64,000 nucleotides of DNA from a virus: the IMG/VR virus record IMGVR_UViG_3300019752_000004, positions 18,850-82,849 of that record, one strand, 5' to 3'. Positions 55,346-64,000 of the stretch are shown piece after piece. Position numbers and translations under genes: made by a program. The first letter of the stretch is position 1. Every line of letters begins with the position of its first letter. The notes beneath the pieces were generated by a model, which ran no database searches, was not told where the DNA came from, and saw nothing but the letters and a program-made list of their open reading frames with translations.

Positions 55346-57525
55346 GTTATATTCTCCAATTTTTTAATTTTATTTCTAAAACTCTTTTTAAGTTTCTTAT
55401 CACATGATCTTACATATGATTCAATACGTTCTTTAATCCTAGTCTCATCACTTCTCACAGAACTAATTCTACCATCTGTTTCAGCAAAAATACAGTGGAT
55501 ATCAGCAAGTTCTTTTAATGAATCGTCAAACAGTTTTGCATATTTTTCATACAATTTACAAAAATGCATGACGATTTCATTATCAAATACATAATCTACA
55601 TATGAGATAGTCTCCCAGTTTTCATCAAAATCAATGTCAATAGGATATAATAATCTATCGATCCATGTACCTTCTAAATCAATATAACCACGTTTGAAAC
55701 ATGCTGTGAGTAAATCAGTCAATTCCATTGCATATGATGGCGGTAAACTATGGTACTTTTTATAATACAACATGCATCTGATATATTTTGAAACGTTCTT
55801 TTCAAAATCCTTTGCAACAAATTCATTTACAGTCATGACAGAATTTAATTCGTCTGGTGTGGAATCACCACGAAACGCCAACATAGTTACACCAGTGGCT
55901 TTAACTACTTTACATATATAACGGTATTCAAAATCAACTGCTTGTTGTGGAGTTCTACAACCACTTTTAATTCTGTACCAGCATGTATTATCATGATCTA
56001 ATTCATTGATTTCGTCTGTTGACAATTCATGCATGGTGTTATGACATACATTAATTTTGAAAATGTTGGTGTGCGTGCGTACGATCTTAGATTTAATTTT
56101 AGCCGTTCCACAATCAAGTTCATTGATGAATTTAACACCAATGTTTTTGAAGATACGAACAACTTCATCATATTTAGATTTATCATGTATGACCATAACA
56201 CGAATCGAATCAATTTCATTCTGATCAATATGATATCGAATGATTTCACGATTAACCTTTTTATACATTACAATCAACGGAACAACTTTACTCATTGTAA
56301 TATTATGGTGTGGTGATTTGTATTTGTTATCCATAACCATACTAGATAGACAATCAGCTTTATCCTGTTGGGTAGAAATACCATATCGACATAACTTGTA
56401 CGGTCCAACATGTTCAAAAAGATATGATGATTTGATATTTAATTTATCACTTCCTATGAACAACTTATTAAAAAGTGTTGTATGTAATTCATTTACAGCA
56501 TCAATGTCAACATCAGTGTGTATCGGTGTGTATGATCCATCCATATCACCACTTGGTTTGAACACATTATGTACGTCTCTGATATCATATTCACCGTATT
56601 TTGTGATCTGATGAATGATGTTATCAAAATATACAGTTGCTTTGGTCTTAAACTTTTCAAGACACTGTTTAGTTCGGTCTGTATAATCTAGGGATTCACG
56701 GCTAGAACTAACATCCACATCACCAATATCAACTTTAATGATAGTAGTCTTACCATATGGAGTATTGAATGGATCATCAGCATATCTATCAATTTTGTAC
56801 AGTATACTTCCACACAAAACTAATGTATCCCCACTATAATCATAAAAATTATCAGAATCACATGAATACACATTATCTAACACTTCTTCACATTTATCTA
56901 AAACGTAATTATCATATTCAACGCCATTCAAAAGAATTTTAGTATCAAATGCCATGAGGATATTATCAACCTTACGTTTAAATTCCTTAATCACATTACT
57001 GTTGACTGGTACACTGATTGTCATACCATTATGTTCGTCACTAGGCTTTTCACTCATTTTCTGAATGAATGGAATTCCAGAGTCGTCTTTAAACGCCATG
57101 TAATCATGTTCTAATCCATTGTAACGTGTTTGGACTCTAAAGGTATCAGAAAGTGCGAAAGGTGTCTTAGAACCTATTCCCATAGCTCCTATGAAGTCAT
57201 TAGACTTGTCCTTAGTACTCATGAACAGTGTTGAATATAGATTTTCAACCTGTTCTGGACTCATACCAGTGCCATAATCTTTTACAACGAACACAGGATC
57301 AATTGCAGTGGGAAGAACTACTTCAAATGGTGTATCTGTGTTCCCATCATCTACATGGGCATCATATGCATTACAACAAATCTCTCTGATAGTAGCACTT
57401 ACACTATCAGAATAGAGTTTATCAAAAAGGATATCATATGCCTTGGCACTCATTTCAATGCCAAACTGTTTGCCAGTATCAAATCCATTTGATTGTACAT
57501 CGTCACGTTGTTTATTAATAATCAT
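55330..57525 (-). CDS. rIIA: RIIA lysis-inhibition protein (GHKL ATPase N-terminus)
   Basis: LYSD....IREI.CNAYDAH, V.DYGTGMS, STKD.SND.IG.MGIGSKTPF, SRESL.Y. Confidence 0.9.
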   Translation of the reverse strand: MIINKQRDDVQSNGFDTGKQFGIEMSAKAYDILFDKLYSDSVSATIREICCNAYDAHVDDGNTDTPFEVVLPTAIDPVFVVKDYGTGMSPEQVENLYSTLFMSTKDKSNDFIGAMGIGSKTPFALSDTFRVQTRYNGLEHDYMAFKDDSGIPFIQKMSEKPSDEHNGMTISVPVNSNVIKEFKRKVDNILMAFDTKILLNGVEYDNYVLDKCEEVLDNVYSCDSDNFYDYSGDTLVLCGSILYKIDRYADDPFNTPYGKTTIIKVDIGDVDVSSSRESLDYTDRTKQCLEKFKTKATVYFDNIIHQITKYGEYDIRDVHNVFKPSGDMDGSYTPIHTDVDIDAVNELHTTLFNKLFIGSDKLNIKSSYLFEHVGPYKLCRYGISTQQDKADCLSSMVMDNKYKSPHHNITMSKVVPLIVMYKKVNREIIRYHIDQNEIDSIRVMVIHDKSKYDEVVRIFKNIGVKFINELDCGTAKIKSKIVRTHTNIFKINVCHNTMHELSTDEINELDHDNTCWYRIKSGCRTPQQAVDFEYRYICKVVKATGVTMLAFRGDSTPDELNSVMTVNEFVAKDFEKNVSKYIRCMLYYKKYHSLPPSYAMELTDLLTACFKRGYIDLEGTWIDRLLYPIDIDFDENWETISYVDYVFDNEIVMHFCKLYEKYAKLFDDSLKELADIHCIFAETDGRISSVRSDETRIKERIESYVRSCDKKLKKSFRNKIKKLENITWKLK

Positions 57526-57543
57526 TTTATTCTCCTTAACACA

Positions 57544-57580
57544 AAATAACAAAACCCATCAACATAGTCAACGGGTTTTG
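57544..57580 (-). promoter_or_regulatory. promoter overlapping a hairpin upstream of rIIA
   Basis: minus strand CAAAACCCG-TTGACT...TGGGTTTTG stem; TTGACT-N17-TATTTT. Confidence 0.6.
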
Positions 57581-57590
57581 ATTTTAATTA

Positions 57591-57917
57591 TTAAATTGCA
57601 GTGTATCCACTTTCAAATGGTTCTGATGGTGAAAATGAAATGTATCCGTCATTGTACAATACAAGATACCCGCCAATTTGGGGATTATTCTTACGAACAT
57701 ATTCAAAATCAACCTTCACTTTCCAAAGGCTATTTTCTTCTGCTGTGATAATACGTCCACCATCACATTCTTGATTTGGACCTGCAACATCATCACCACA
57801 AGACGGTTCAATATTTTTAATTTTAAACGCCCGAACAGTTTTATGACACTTGTATTTTGGCATCCAACTCATATCAATCATATTTTTCTCAGTTTCTTTC
57901 TTAAATTCTTGTTCCAT
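57591..57917 (-). CDS. conserved phage hypothetical protein
   Basis: MPKY.CHK.V.A.KI...GGYLV.Y.DGY.S.SP...FE.GY. Confidence 0.75.
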   Translation of the reverse strand: MEQEFKKETEKNMIDMSWMPKYKCHKTVRAFKIKNIEPSCGDDVAGPNQECDGGRIITAEENSLWKVKVDFEYVRKNNPQIGGYLVLYNDGYISFSPSEPFESGYTAI

Positions 57918-57934
57918 TGCTTTATCCTTTTATA

Positions 57935-58177
57935 TTATGCAAAAACTTCATCATAGAGGTCCATGATGTCATTATGTGCTGTGTCCTTCTCAATTCTGTT
58001 ACCATCAATGTAAAGTTTAGCAGCGGCTTTAACCTGTGATTTACTATAACCAGATGATTCCGATACGACTTTCACACTTTCTTTCAAATGTTCCTGTTCA
58101 TCTTTGATTCGTTCCATAGTTGCAACGATTTCTTTCATCATTTCCTTATTCAACTGAGTTTTACCAGTATCAGACAT
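57935..58177 (-). CDS. dsbA: dsDNA-binding protein DsbA (T4-type)
   Basis: KLY..NR......DIMDLYDEVF matches the recalled T4 DsbA C-terminus. Confidence 0.7.
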   Translation of the reverse strand: MSDTGKTQLNKEMMKEIVATMERIKDEQEHLKESVKVVSESSGYSKSQVKAAAKLYIDGNRIEKDTAHNDIMDLYDEVFA

Positions 58178-59238
58178 TAGTTCTCCAATTTAAAGTTTTT
58201 ATAGTTCTGTTCAAAGATATCATCAAATGAGATTTCACGCAAGACCTCATATTCACAACAACGCATTTTACTGTCATTATAATCAACAGGGATGCTTACA
58301 ACGTTTTTAGGGTTAACCTTGACCTCTACATACGTTTTGCCACGCATATGACGAAGATAATGTGCTGAACACACGTGCAACCCATGACTACATGTAACGG
58401 TATCATCATCATTCACCAGAATACGGTCCATTTTGACTGTGGTTCCAACACTGTTGTCAAATGTATTGGTATGACAATCTTTAAATTCATCAGACACATA
58501 TTTAAATGCGATGATATCGCCATCTTCATCAATACAGATATCATTTGCATTCATGAAATCAAAGATACGTTGCACCACACGGTTACTAGGATTGTCCATA
58601 CATTTTTCTACAAAATGTAGAAGTGCACTGATATTATCATTGTTAATCATATTGATTGCACGATGTGCAAAATTCATATCTGTGATTTCAATACCTTTGA
58701 AAAACAGTCTGCGATCTCTGTATTCAATATGTCCCTGACTCATTTCGGTGATACGTTCACCCATATTGATGATATTGCGAACATTGTCCCATTCATCATC
58801 TCTGATATGAGTCAGTATGTCATTAAAATTGGAATCAGATGATACCGCCATGAAAATGTCACCATCATCTTTTACGATAGCAATAGAGACCTTAGACACA
58901 CGGTATTTCATAGGTTTATTGACATTAGGTTCTAAAGGAACTGGTGCATAGTAATCTGTGGTATGTTCATTATCCGATTTCAGACACACACCATTATCAT
59001 TGCCAGAACACCCTGTACAGTATTGATCATCATCACACCATTCAAGTTCAAATTTATGGTATGGGAAATCTTCGATATCACCATTTTCAATTTTATTCAC
59101 ACGATTGGCGATTACTTTACGGCTAACGCCATATTTTTCGCCAATTGATGTATATGATTCATCATCAAGATACATCTGATATAAATTTACTAGTTGATCC
59201 ATAGTAAATTTATATGTAACTTCTTTTTTAACTTTCAT
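58177..59238 (-). CDS. rIIB: RIIB protein
   Basis: NPS..V..IFDF, DGD.IAFK.V, DNSVG..V.M.R..V.DD...TCS.GLHVCS, VVSIP.DY...KMRCCEY. Confidence 0.9.
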   Translation of the reverse strand: MKVKKEVTYKFTMDQLVNLYQMYLDDESYTSIGEKYGVSRKVIANRVNKIENGDIEDFPYHKFELEWCDDDQYCTGCSGNDNGVCLKSDNEHTTDYYAPVPLEPNVNKPMKYRVSKVSIAIVKDDGDIFMAVSSDSNFNDILTHIRDDEWDNVRNIINMGERITEMSQGHIEYRDRRLFFKGIEITDMNFAHRAINMINNDNISALLHFVEKCMDNPSNRVVQRIFDFMNANDICIDEDGDIIAFKYVSDEFKDCHTNTFDNSVGTTVKMDRILVNDDDTVTCSHGLHVCSAHYLRHMRGKTYVEVKVNPKNVVSIPVDYNDSKMRCCEYEVLREISFDDIFEQNYKNFKLEN

Positions 59239-59241
59239 CGT

Positions 59242-59673
59242 TTAATTGTCTCCTAGAGTTCTTCCATAAAAACTTGTTAGTGTTGGAATATCTGCATCTG
59301 GATTCGTTTGATAAAGATCATCAGCACCATCATCAATAAGCGTCTTTTTAATAAATTTAATCATCTCCAAATAACATTCAATATCTGTAAAATATTCATC
59401 CTTGTGATCGTCACCTTCCCGACCCGCACGTTGAATCACACCAACAGGTTTATCGTCAAACCAGAGGGTTCCGAGTTCCCAGTAGCGTCTATAATCAACG
59501 CCATGATGATGTACAATTTTATGTTTGATTCTGTATTCTAATTTTTCTCTGACACTCCACAGATCACCTTCATAAATATAGTATTCATTATTGTCTAAGA
59601 TGTCTGCTAAAATTTCAATAACAGGCTCATCTGAATATTCTATATCCATTGCATACAAATCATTAGCTTTCAT
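59242..59673 (-). CDS. hypothetical protein
   Basis: GGAG RBS; AGREGDD motif. Confidence 0.65.
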   Translation of the reverse strand: MKANDLYAMDIEYSDEPVIEILADILDNNEYYIYEGDLWSVREKLEYRIKHKIVHHHGVDYRRYWELGTLWFDDKPVGVIQRAGREGDDHKDEYFTDIECYLEMIKFIKKTLIDDGADDLYQTNPDADIPTLTSFYGRTLGDN

Positions 59674-59720
59674 TTTATTTTCTCCATATGGCGGGAATTT
59701 CACCCGCCTATTATAAGGGA

Positions 59721-60296
59721 TTATTTTGCAATAGTTGCTGTAGCTGTTCCAGCACGATACACTCTATTTTTATCATAGTCAACTGTAATTGGATATGGAT
59801 ATACAGTTACTTTACCTTCAACATAGATAGGCATGATCATACCTGTCTTTTCATCAATACTAAGAACCCATGTGGCTGTTGTATTTTTAGATGCAAAGAT
59901 GCCATTTGGTTCTGGCTGTTCTACAGATGCCAGTGCAGCTTTACTATATCCTTCCATACTTTCACCAGTGGCTACCAATGGATTAGTGAGACTTGTATCA
60001 TATGGAATACCATAACCGATAGATGCAGTGTGACCTTCAATCATTCCATAATCACTACGCCATACTGTATATGTGCTGACTTTCTGGTTACGGAGCTTAT
60101 AGAGCTTAATTACCAGATCGCGTTCAAGACTCCAATCAAATGCGGGAATAGGCTGACCTTTAGCGTATTGTGCCTGTTGGCGTTGTACTGCTTTAGCTTC
60201 TTTAGTGGTTTCTGTATCCGAACCCCAAGCAAATGCTGATGCACAAAAACACAATGTCATGGTTGATACGACCAGTGTAATAATAATTTTCTTCAT
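59721..60296 (-). CDS. secreted/periplasmic conserved phage protein
   Basis: signal peptide; SLER, GYGIPY....TNP, QPEPNGIF..T.ATW. Confidence 0.7.
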   Translation of the reverse strand: MKKIIITLVVSTMTLCFCASAFAWGSDTETTKEAKAVQRQQAQYAKGQPIPAFDWSLERDLVIKLYKLRNQKVSTYTVWRSDYGMIEGHTASIGYGIPYDTSLTNPLVATGESMEGYSKAALASVEQPEPNGIFASKNTTATWVLSIDEKTGMIMPIYVEGKVTVYPYPITVDYDKNRVYRAGTATATIAK

Positions 60297-60297
60297 T

Positions 60298-60606
60298 TTA
60301 ATTTTCCTTTGTAGTTTTCAAAATTGTGATTGCGTCAATTTGTGCCTGAATTTCTGCACGGGTTCCAACATCCAAATTAGGATTATTGAGTTTAGAACGA
60401 AGCAGTGCAAGACTTGCATCATATGTAGTACGAGCTTCTTTATCTGCCTCATGTTTTTGATAACTGTTTTCAAACACTTTACGTTCAATAACAGTTTTTC
60501 CGATGATTCCAAATGCATTGAGACAACCAAAAACAATTACTGTCCCAACCATGAGGAATACAATCCACATCCACCATTTTCCAAATTCTTTCTTTTCACT
60601 ATCCAC
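60298..60606 (-). CDS. membrane-anchored protein, partner of the downstream gene
   Basis: N-terminal TM; ERKVFENSYQ. Confidence 0.65.
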   Translation of the reverse strand: MDSEKKEFGKWWMWIVFLMVGTVIVFGCLNAFGIIGKTVIERKVFENSYQKHEADKEARTTYDASLALLRSKLNNPNLDVGTRAEIQAQIDAITILKTTKEN

Positions 60607-61035
60607 TTACAACTCCTGTTCAGTTTCTTTATTATTTTCATCGGTTCTAACCACACTATCATCTTCTAACAGTTTGTCAAATACCTTTTGTACGGCCTTT
60701 GGAAGATTTTCAACAACAATTTTACCAGTTTCCTGTGCAACATCTGATGTCACGATTTCTTTAGTGATGTAAACAGCAGCAGCATTCTTCATAAACTGTT
60801 GTGTTGGCATAATTGCTGTAAGCATGGCAAGAGTAATCCAAGTAATAGTAAGATATTTTCTAGCCTTAAAAAGGATTTTTTTATCACCTATATCTTCCAA
60901 ATCGCTGGACGGCGCTAGCACTGTTGCCACCCAAAAAATAGCTAACAAGACACAAGAGAATACTAATAGAAATCCAACCGCTCCACCAGAAAACATTCCG
61001 ACACGATCATACAAATAAAGCAAAAAGTATTCCAT
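60607..61035 (-). CDS. membrane protein
   Basis: two TM helices; GGAG RBS. Confidence 0.65.
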   Translation of the reverse strand: MEYFLLYLYDRVGMFSGGAVGFLLVFSCVLLAIFWVATVLAPSSDLEDIGDKKILFKARKYLTITWITLAMLTAIMPTQQFMKNAAAVYITKEIVTSDVAQETGKIVVENLPKAVQKVFDKLLEDDSVVRTDENNKETEQEL

Positions 61036-61049
61036 AATTCATCTCCATT

Positions 61050-62291
61050 TTAAATTACTATTGAGTTAATAATATAACTCGCCTTGATTGGTGCTGTTGT
61101 ATAGGCTTCACATGCCTTTACAAATTCATATCCTTCATAACCTGTATATTCCTGCAAGTCAACCTTAATTGAAATAATATCATCTTTATTTCGGACCACA
61201 TGCATATTCTGACTTGCTTTGCCCGTTAAATTCAACCCTTTATCAGCAAATGCATTTGTTCCACACAATGAACTTGTACGGCTATATCTGTCGCTGATAT
61301 GCGCATTGTGAATGTGACCCATCATAACAAAATGAATAATAACACCTTTAGCGGCATATCTACTGATAGTCTTGTTCATTTCACTTTCAATCTTAGCAGG
61401 TGATGCAGATTTACTAAGTGAATGACCATGCATCAATAAAATATTTGTGTCGTTCACCTGAATCACACATTCCATAGGATTCTTCATTTCAACGAATGCA
61501 ACGTTTTCACTGGTTTCAAACAGCTTTTCAAGCATTCTGTGGATCATGAGATCAAATGAATCACTTGTGATGATATTAGACCAACCGAGATTAGGGTTAA
61601 TACGACTTTCGTTGCCAATCACACTTGCTACAGTCACATTAAAGTCTTCTGCCAATTCTGTCAAGAACTGTTGTAACAAATCTACAGCCACAAATAATGC
61701 ATTTGCTCTATTGGTTGCCTGTGCAAGGACTTCTTCAAGTCGTCTATCACTGTTGATTAAATCACCTAGGAATGTGACAATAACATGTTCAACACCTTCG
61801 GCTTTCATATAGGTTCTAATACGATCTCTAAATTTTTGCAACCTCTGTGATGCAATTTTCATATCGTACATATTACCATTTACATCTCGAATTATTTCAT
61901 TCAAATGCATGTCAGAAATCTGAACCAATCCAACTGGTTTATTCCCATCTGGACTATTGAAAGCTCGTGGAACATTCAATCTATGTGTTTTAAGCACACT
62001 AAGCATTTCACGGTTAAGTTCAGTTACAGCATTTTCTACACGTGCATACTCTCGAAATGATTTTCGTTCAATCCTATTCGTATCCTGAAACTTCTGTGCA
62101 CGTTTTGCAAGCCTCACATTATCTTCTACGATTTCAGAATCTGGATCAACAGTTTCATCAGCACCATATTTCATTTCCCATCGTTTGATAGTTCTACGGC
62201 TGATGTTAGTCTTATTTCTAATTTCAGTATACGTCATACCGTTTCTAAGATGATTCATTACGATTTCAATATCTTCTTCTGTATAAGCCAT
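61050..62291 (-). CDS. HTH-fused calcineurin-like metallophosphoesterase
   Basis: N-terminal HTH (GMTYTEI....ISRRTIKRW); SDMH, LGDLI, GNE, HGH, GHIH. Confidence 0.85.
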   Translation of the reverse strand: MAYTEEDIEIVMNHLRNGMTYTEIRNKTNISRRTIKRWEMKYGADETVDPDSEIVEDNVRLAKRAQKFQDTNRIERKSFREYARVENAVTELNREMLSVLKTHRLNVPRAFNSPDGNKPVGLVQISDMHLNEIIRDVNGNMYDMKIASQRLQKFRDRIRTYMKAEGVEHVIVTFLGDLINSDRRLEEVLAQATNRANALFVAVDLLQQFLTELAEDFNVTVASVIGNESRINPNLGWSNIITSDSFDLMIHRMLEKLFETSENVAFVEMKNPMECVIQVNDTNILLMHGHSLSKSASPAKIESEMNKTISRYAAKGVIIHFVMMGHIHNAHISDRYSRTSSLCGTNAFADKGLNLTGKASQNMHVVRNKDDIISIKVDLQEYTGYEGYEFVKACEAYTTAPIKASYIINSIVI

Positions 62292-62298
62292 AAATTTC

Positions 62299-63336
62299 CT
62301 ATATCTTTCTCCAGTTGTTTATATGTAATTTTGCAGTCAAACCACTATAGCTATGACTTGCGATATATTCCAACAATTCTATTTGGGTTGCGCCATTTAG
62401 AATCATTTCATTTATATCCTTACCATTCCAAGGACAATCATTCCAGATTGTAATTCGTTTACCACGTTTAATAGCATCTTCCATCTTCTTAACAATATTA
62501 ATATCTCTAGGCGTGTTATCCCATATATACACGGTCCCATATTGTACTGTTAATAGGTCCCCATCTGCACTTGCAACACAATTAGGTAGAAACAGACTGT
62601 CTATTGGTCCTTCTACAACAAGTACAGGCTTATTTTTGTTCACCCGTTCTCTACCATAGATTTTAATAACGTCAGTAGACTTCTTTACAGTTATATATCT
62701 TAATTCTGAATTAGGGTCATATGATCTACCCTGTATAGCAACAAGTTCACCTTCTTCATCATAGAATGGAATTATTAACCGAGGTTCATTCTCCCATAGG
62801 TTTTCCACTGCTATTGAATCAAGTTCACCTGCCACAGTTTTAAAACACTTGGCGTGATATAAAATTTTATGATGTAGTTCTGGTATCAACCTACTCAAAA
62901 CATATTGTTTGCCAGCATTATCATCTGATGCATTATCAATTCTAATACACTTTTCATCTAATATAGATTTCTTTTCAACTTTTATAAGTTTACTCTGAAT
63001 TGATCTTCTAGTCTTCTTTTTAACCTTCTTTTTAATTGATTTTGAATATGGTTGACCTTTAAACTTTTCAATCATGTATTCACGATATACATAATTATCA
63101 AATTCTTTTAGAAAGTTTCCTAATGACATACCTTTACAACAGTTGTGACACACGTACATGTAAGTGTCATCATTTGCTCTGTTGACAACGAAATATCCAC
63201 GTTTTTTATTGGATTTTTTCTTGCTGTCACCACATAGCGGACATCTAAAATTAGCTACATTATCTCTAGTCCATCTGAACATGTCTAATCGATAGCTAAT
63301 TTTATCTATAAAGATTTTATCTGTGTATAAACTCAT
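62299..63336 (-). CDS. 61: DNA primase gp61
   Basis: NFRCPLCGDS..KKRG, CHNC, RLIIPF, QGR, VEGPIDSLF, KDINEM. Confidence 0.95.
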   Translation of the reverse strand: MSLYTDKIFIDKISYRLDMFRWTRDNVANFRCPLCGDSKKKSNKKRGYFVVNRANDDTYMYVCHNCCKGMSLGNFLKEFDNYVYREYMIEKFKGQPYSKSIKKKVKKKTRRSIQSKLIKVEKKSILDEKCIRIDNASDDNAGKQYVLSRLIPELHHKILYHAKCFKTVAGELDSIAVENLWENEPRLIIPFYDEEGELVAIQGRSYDPNSELRYITVKKSTDVIKIYGRERVNKNKPVLVVEGPIDSLFLPNCVASADGDLLTVQYGTVYIWDNTPRDINIVKKMEDAIKRGKRITIWNDCPWNGKDINEMILNGATQIELLEYIASHSYSGLTAKLHINNWRKI

Positions 63337-63413
63337 TCGACATCCCTACCATAAGAATAATAATTAGTAAATAGTTTATAAATATTATTATAAATTATTT
63401 TAAGAGGAAAATT

Positions 63414-64000
63414 ATGTCTGAACGCACATACGACAATTTAGATTTTGATGGAGTCCTAGACTCAATTATATATTACATGCAAAACGAAGATAGTCCATTT
63501 AAGGATTATAACTTTGACGGTAGTGCATTGCGCGAATTAGCACGTGTATTAGCATATAATTCTACTAATAAATCATATGAATCTAACATTGGATTCAATG
63601 AACTTCATTTGGATACCGCACAACAGTATAACAACGTCTTTAGTGTGTCTAATCTTCTTTCATATACTCCTAGAAGCCGTGTGTCATCTAAAATGACTGT
63701 AAATGTTACTATTACAGCTAACATGCCCACCAATCCAAGTCAACTTGTTTTACCCAAAGAAACCGTTTTTGAAAGTTCTAACGACGGTCTAATAGACACC
63801 ACCAGAATGTTCTTTTCACCTGATAGGGATTATGTTGCTAATCTAAGTGGTGGTTCATATGTTTTTAACAATGTGCGTCTGGTAGAAGGAACATGGGTCA
63901 CACAACGTTATGTGCATGATGGCGGAACAACACCTTTAATCAGAATACAAAATGAAAACATTGATACATCTAGTTTATTAGTAAATGTTATTACATCCAA
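63414..64000 (+). CDS. 6: Baseplate wedge subunit gp6 (3' truncated; not in the ORF track)
   Basis: TATAAATA + GAGG RBS; MSERTYDNLDFD..FKDYNFDGSAL..L..VLAYN...FNE..LDTAQ...YTPRS. Confidence 0.9.
   Translation, partial: MSERTYDNLDFDGVLDSIIYYMQNEDSPFKDYNFDGSALRELARVLAYNSTNKSYESNIGFNELHLDTAQQYNNVFSVSNLLSYTPRSRVSSKMTVNVTITANMPTNPSQLVLPKETVFESSNDGLIDTTRMFFSPDRDYVANLSGGSYVFNNVRLVEGTWVTQRYVHDGGTTPLIRIQNENIDTSSLLVNVITS

Noticed and set aside
52460-60669. Long plus-strand ORFs (52460-53032, 55055-55594, 59688-60239, 60205-60669)
   Set aside because: Antisense shadows of well-supported minus-strand genes.
1-64000. tRNA or other structured ncRNA genes
   Set aside because: No cloverleaf/T-loop signature or sizeable unexplained intergenic gap seen by eye; tRNAscan/Infernal were not run.

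Overview
64 kb of an AT-rich, T4-supergroup myovirus genome. Its gene set and local gene order resemble Vi1/Ackermannviridae-like phages: DinG helicase, RNase H-gp55-gp47-gp46; RuvC-FmdB-gp33-gp32; gp26-gp5-gp25; gp48-gp53-hub-tape measure-gp54. The window holds the replication/recombination core (gp52, gp39, gp43, gp41, gp61, gp32, UvsX, gp46/47, ligase, RNase H), late transcription factors (gp55, gp33), baseplate genes, rIIA/rIIB, nucleotide-metabolism enzymes and many small ORFans. No tRNA, CRISPR array or transposase was seen. The least ordinary features are non-coding. (i) Repeated expression cassettes of the form [~85-bp early promoter/RBS leader - variable ORF - 61-bp terminator + late promoter]; two are tandem and one sits inside the baseplate operon. 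(ii) A second repeated family of promoters embedded in terminator hairpins, PeSL-like. (iii) A 68-bp fixed-geometry inverted-repeat element. Coding oddities include an Alt-N-like + LPD1 pair probably packaged in the virion, a kinase fused to a degenerate QueF-like domain beside the polymerase, a gp5 spike with a CHAP-like hydrolase and a long fibre-like extension, and a probable -1 frameshift joining gp26 to a gp51-like tail. All assignments come from motif recognition by eye; no searches were run.
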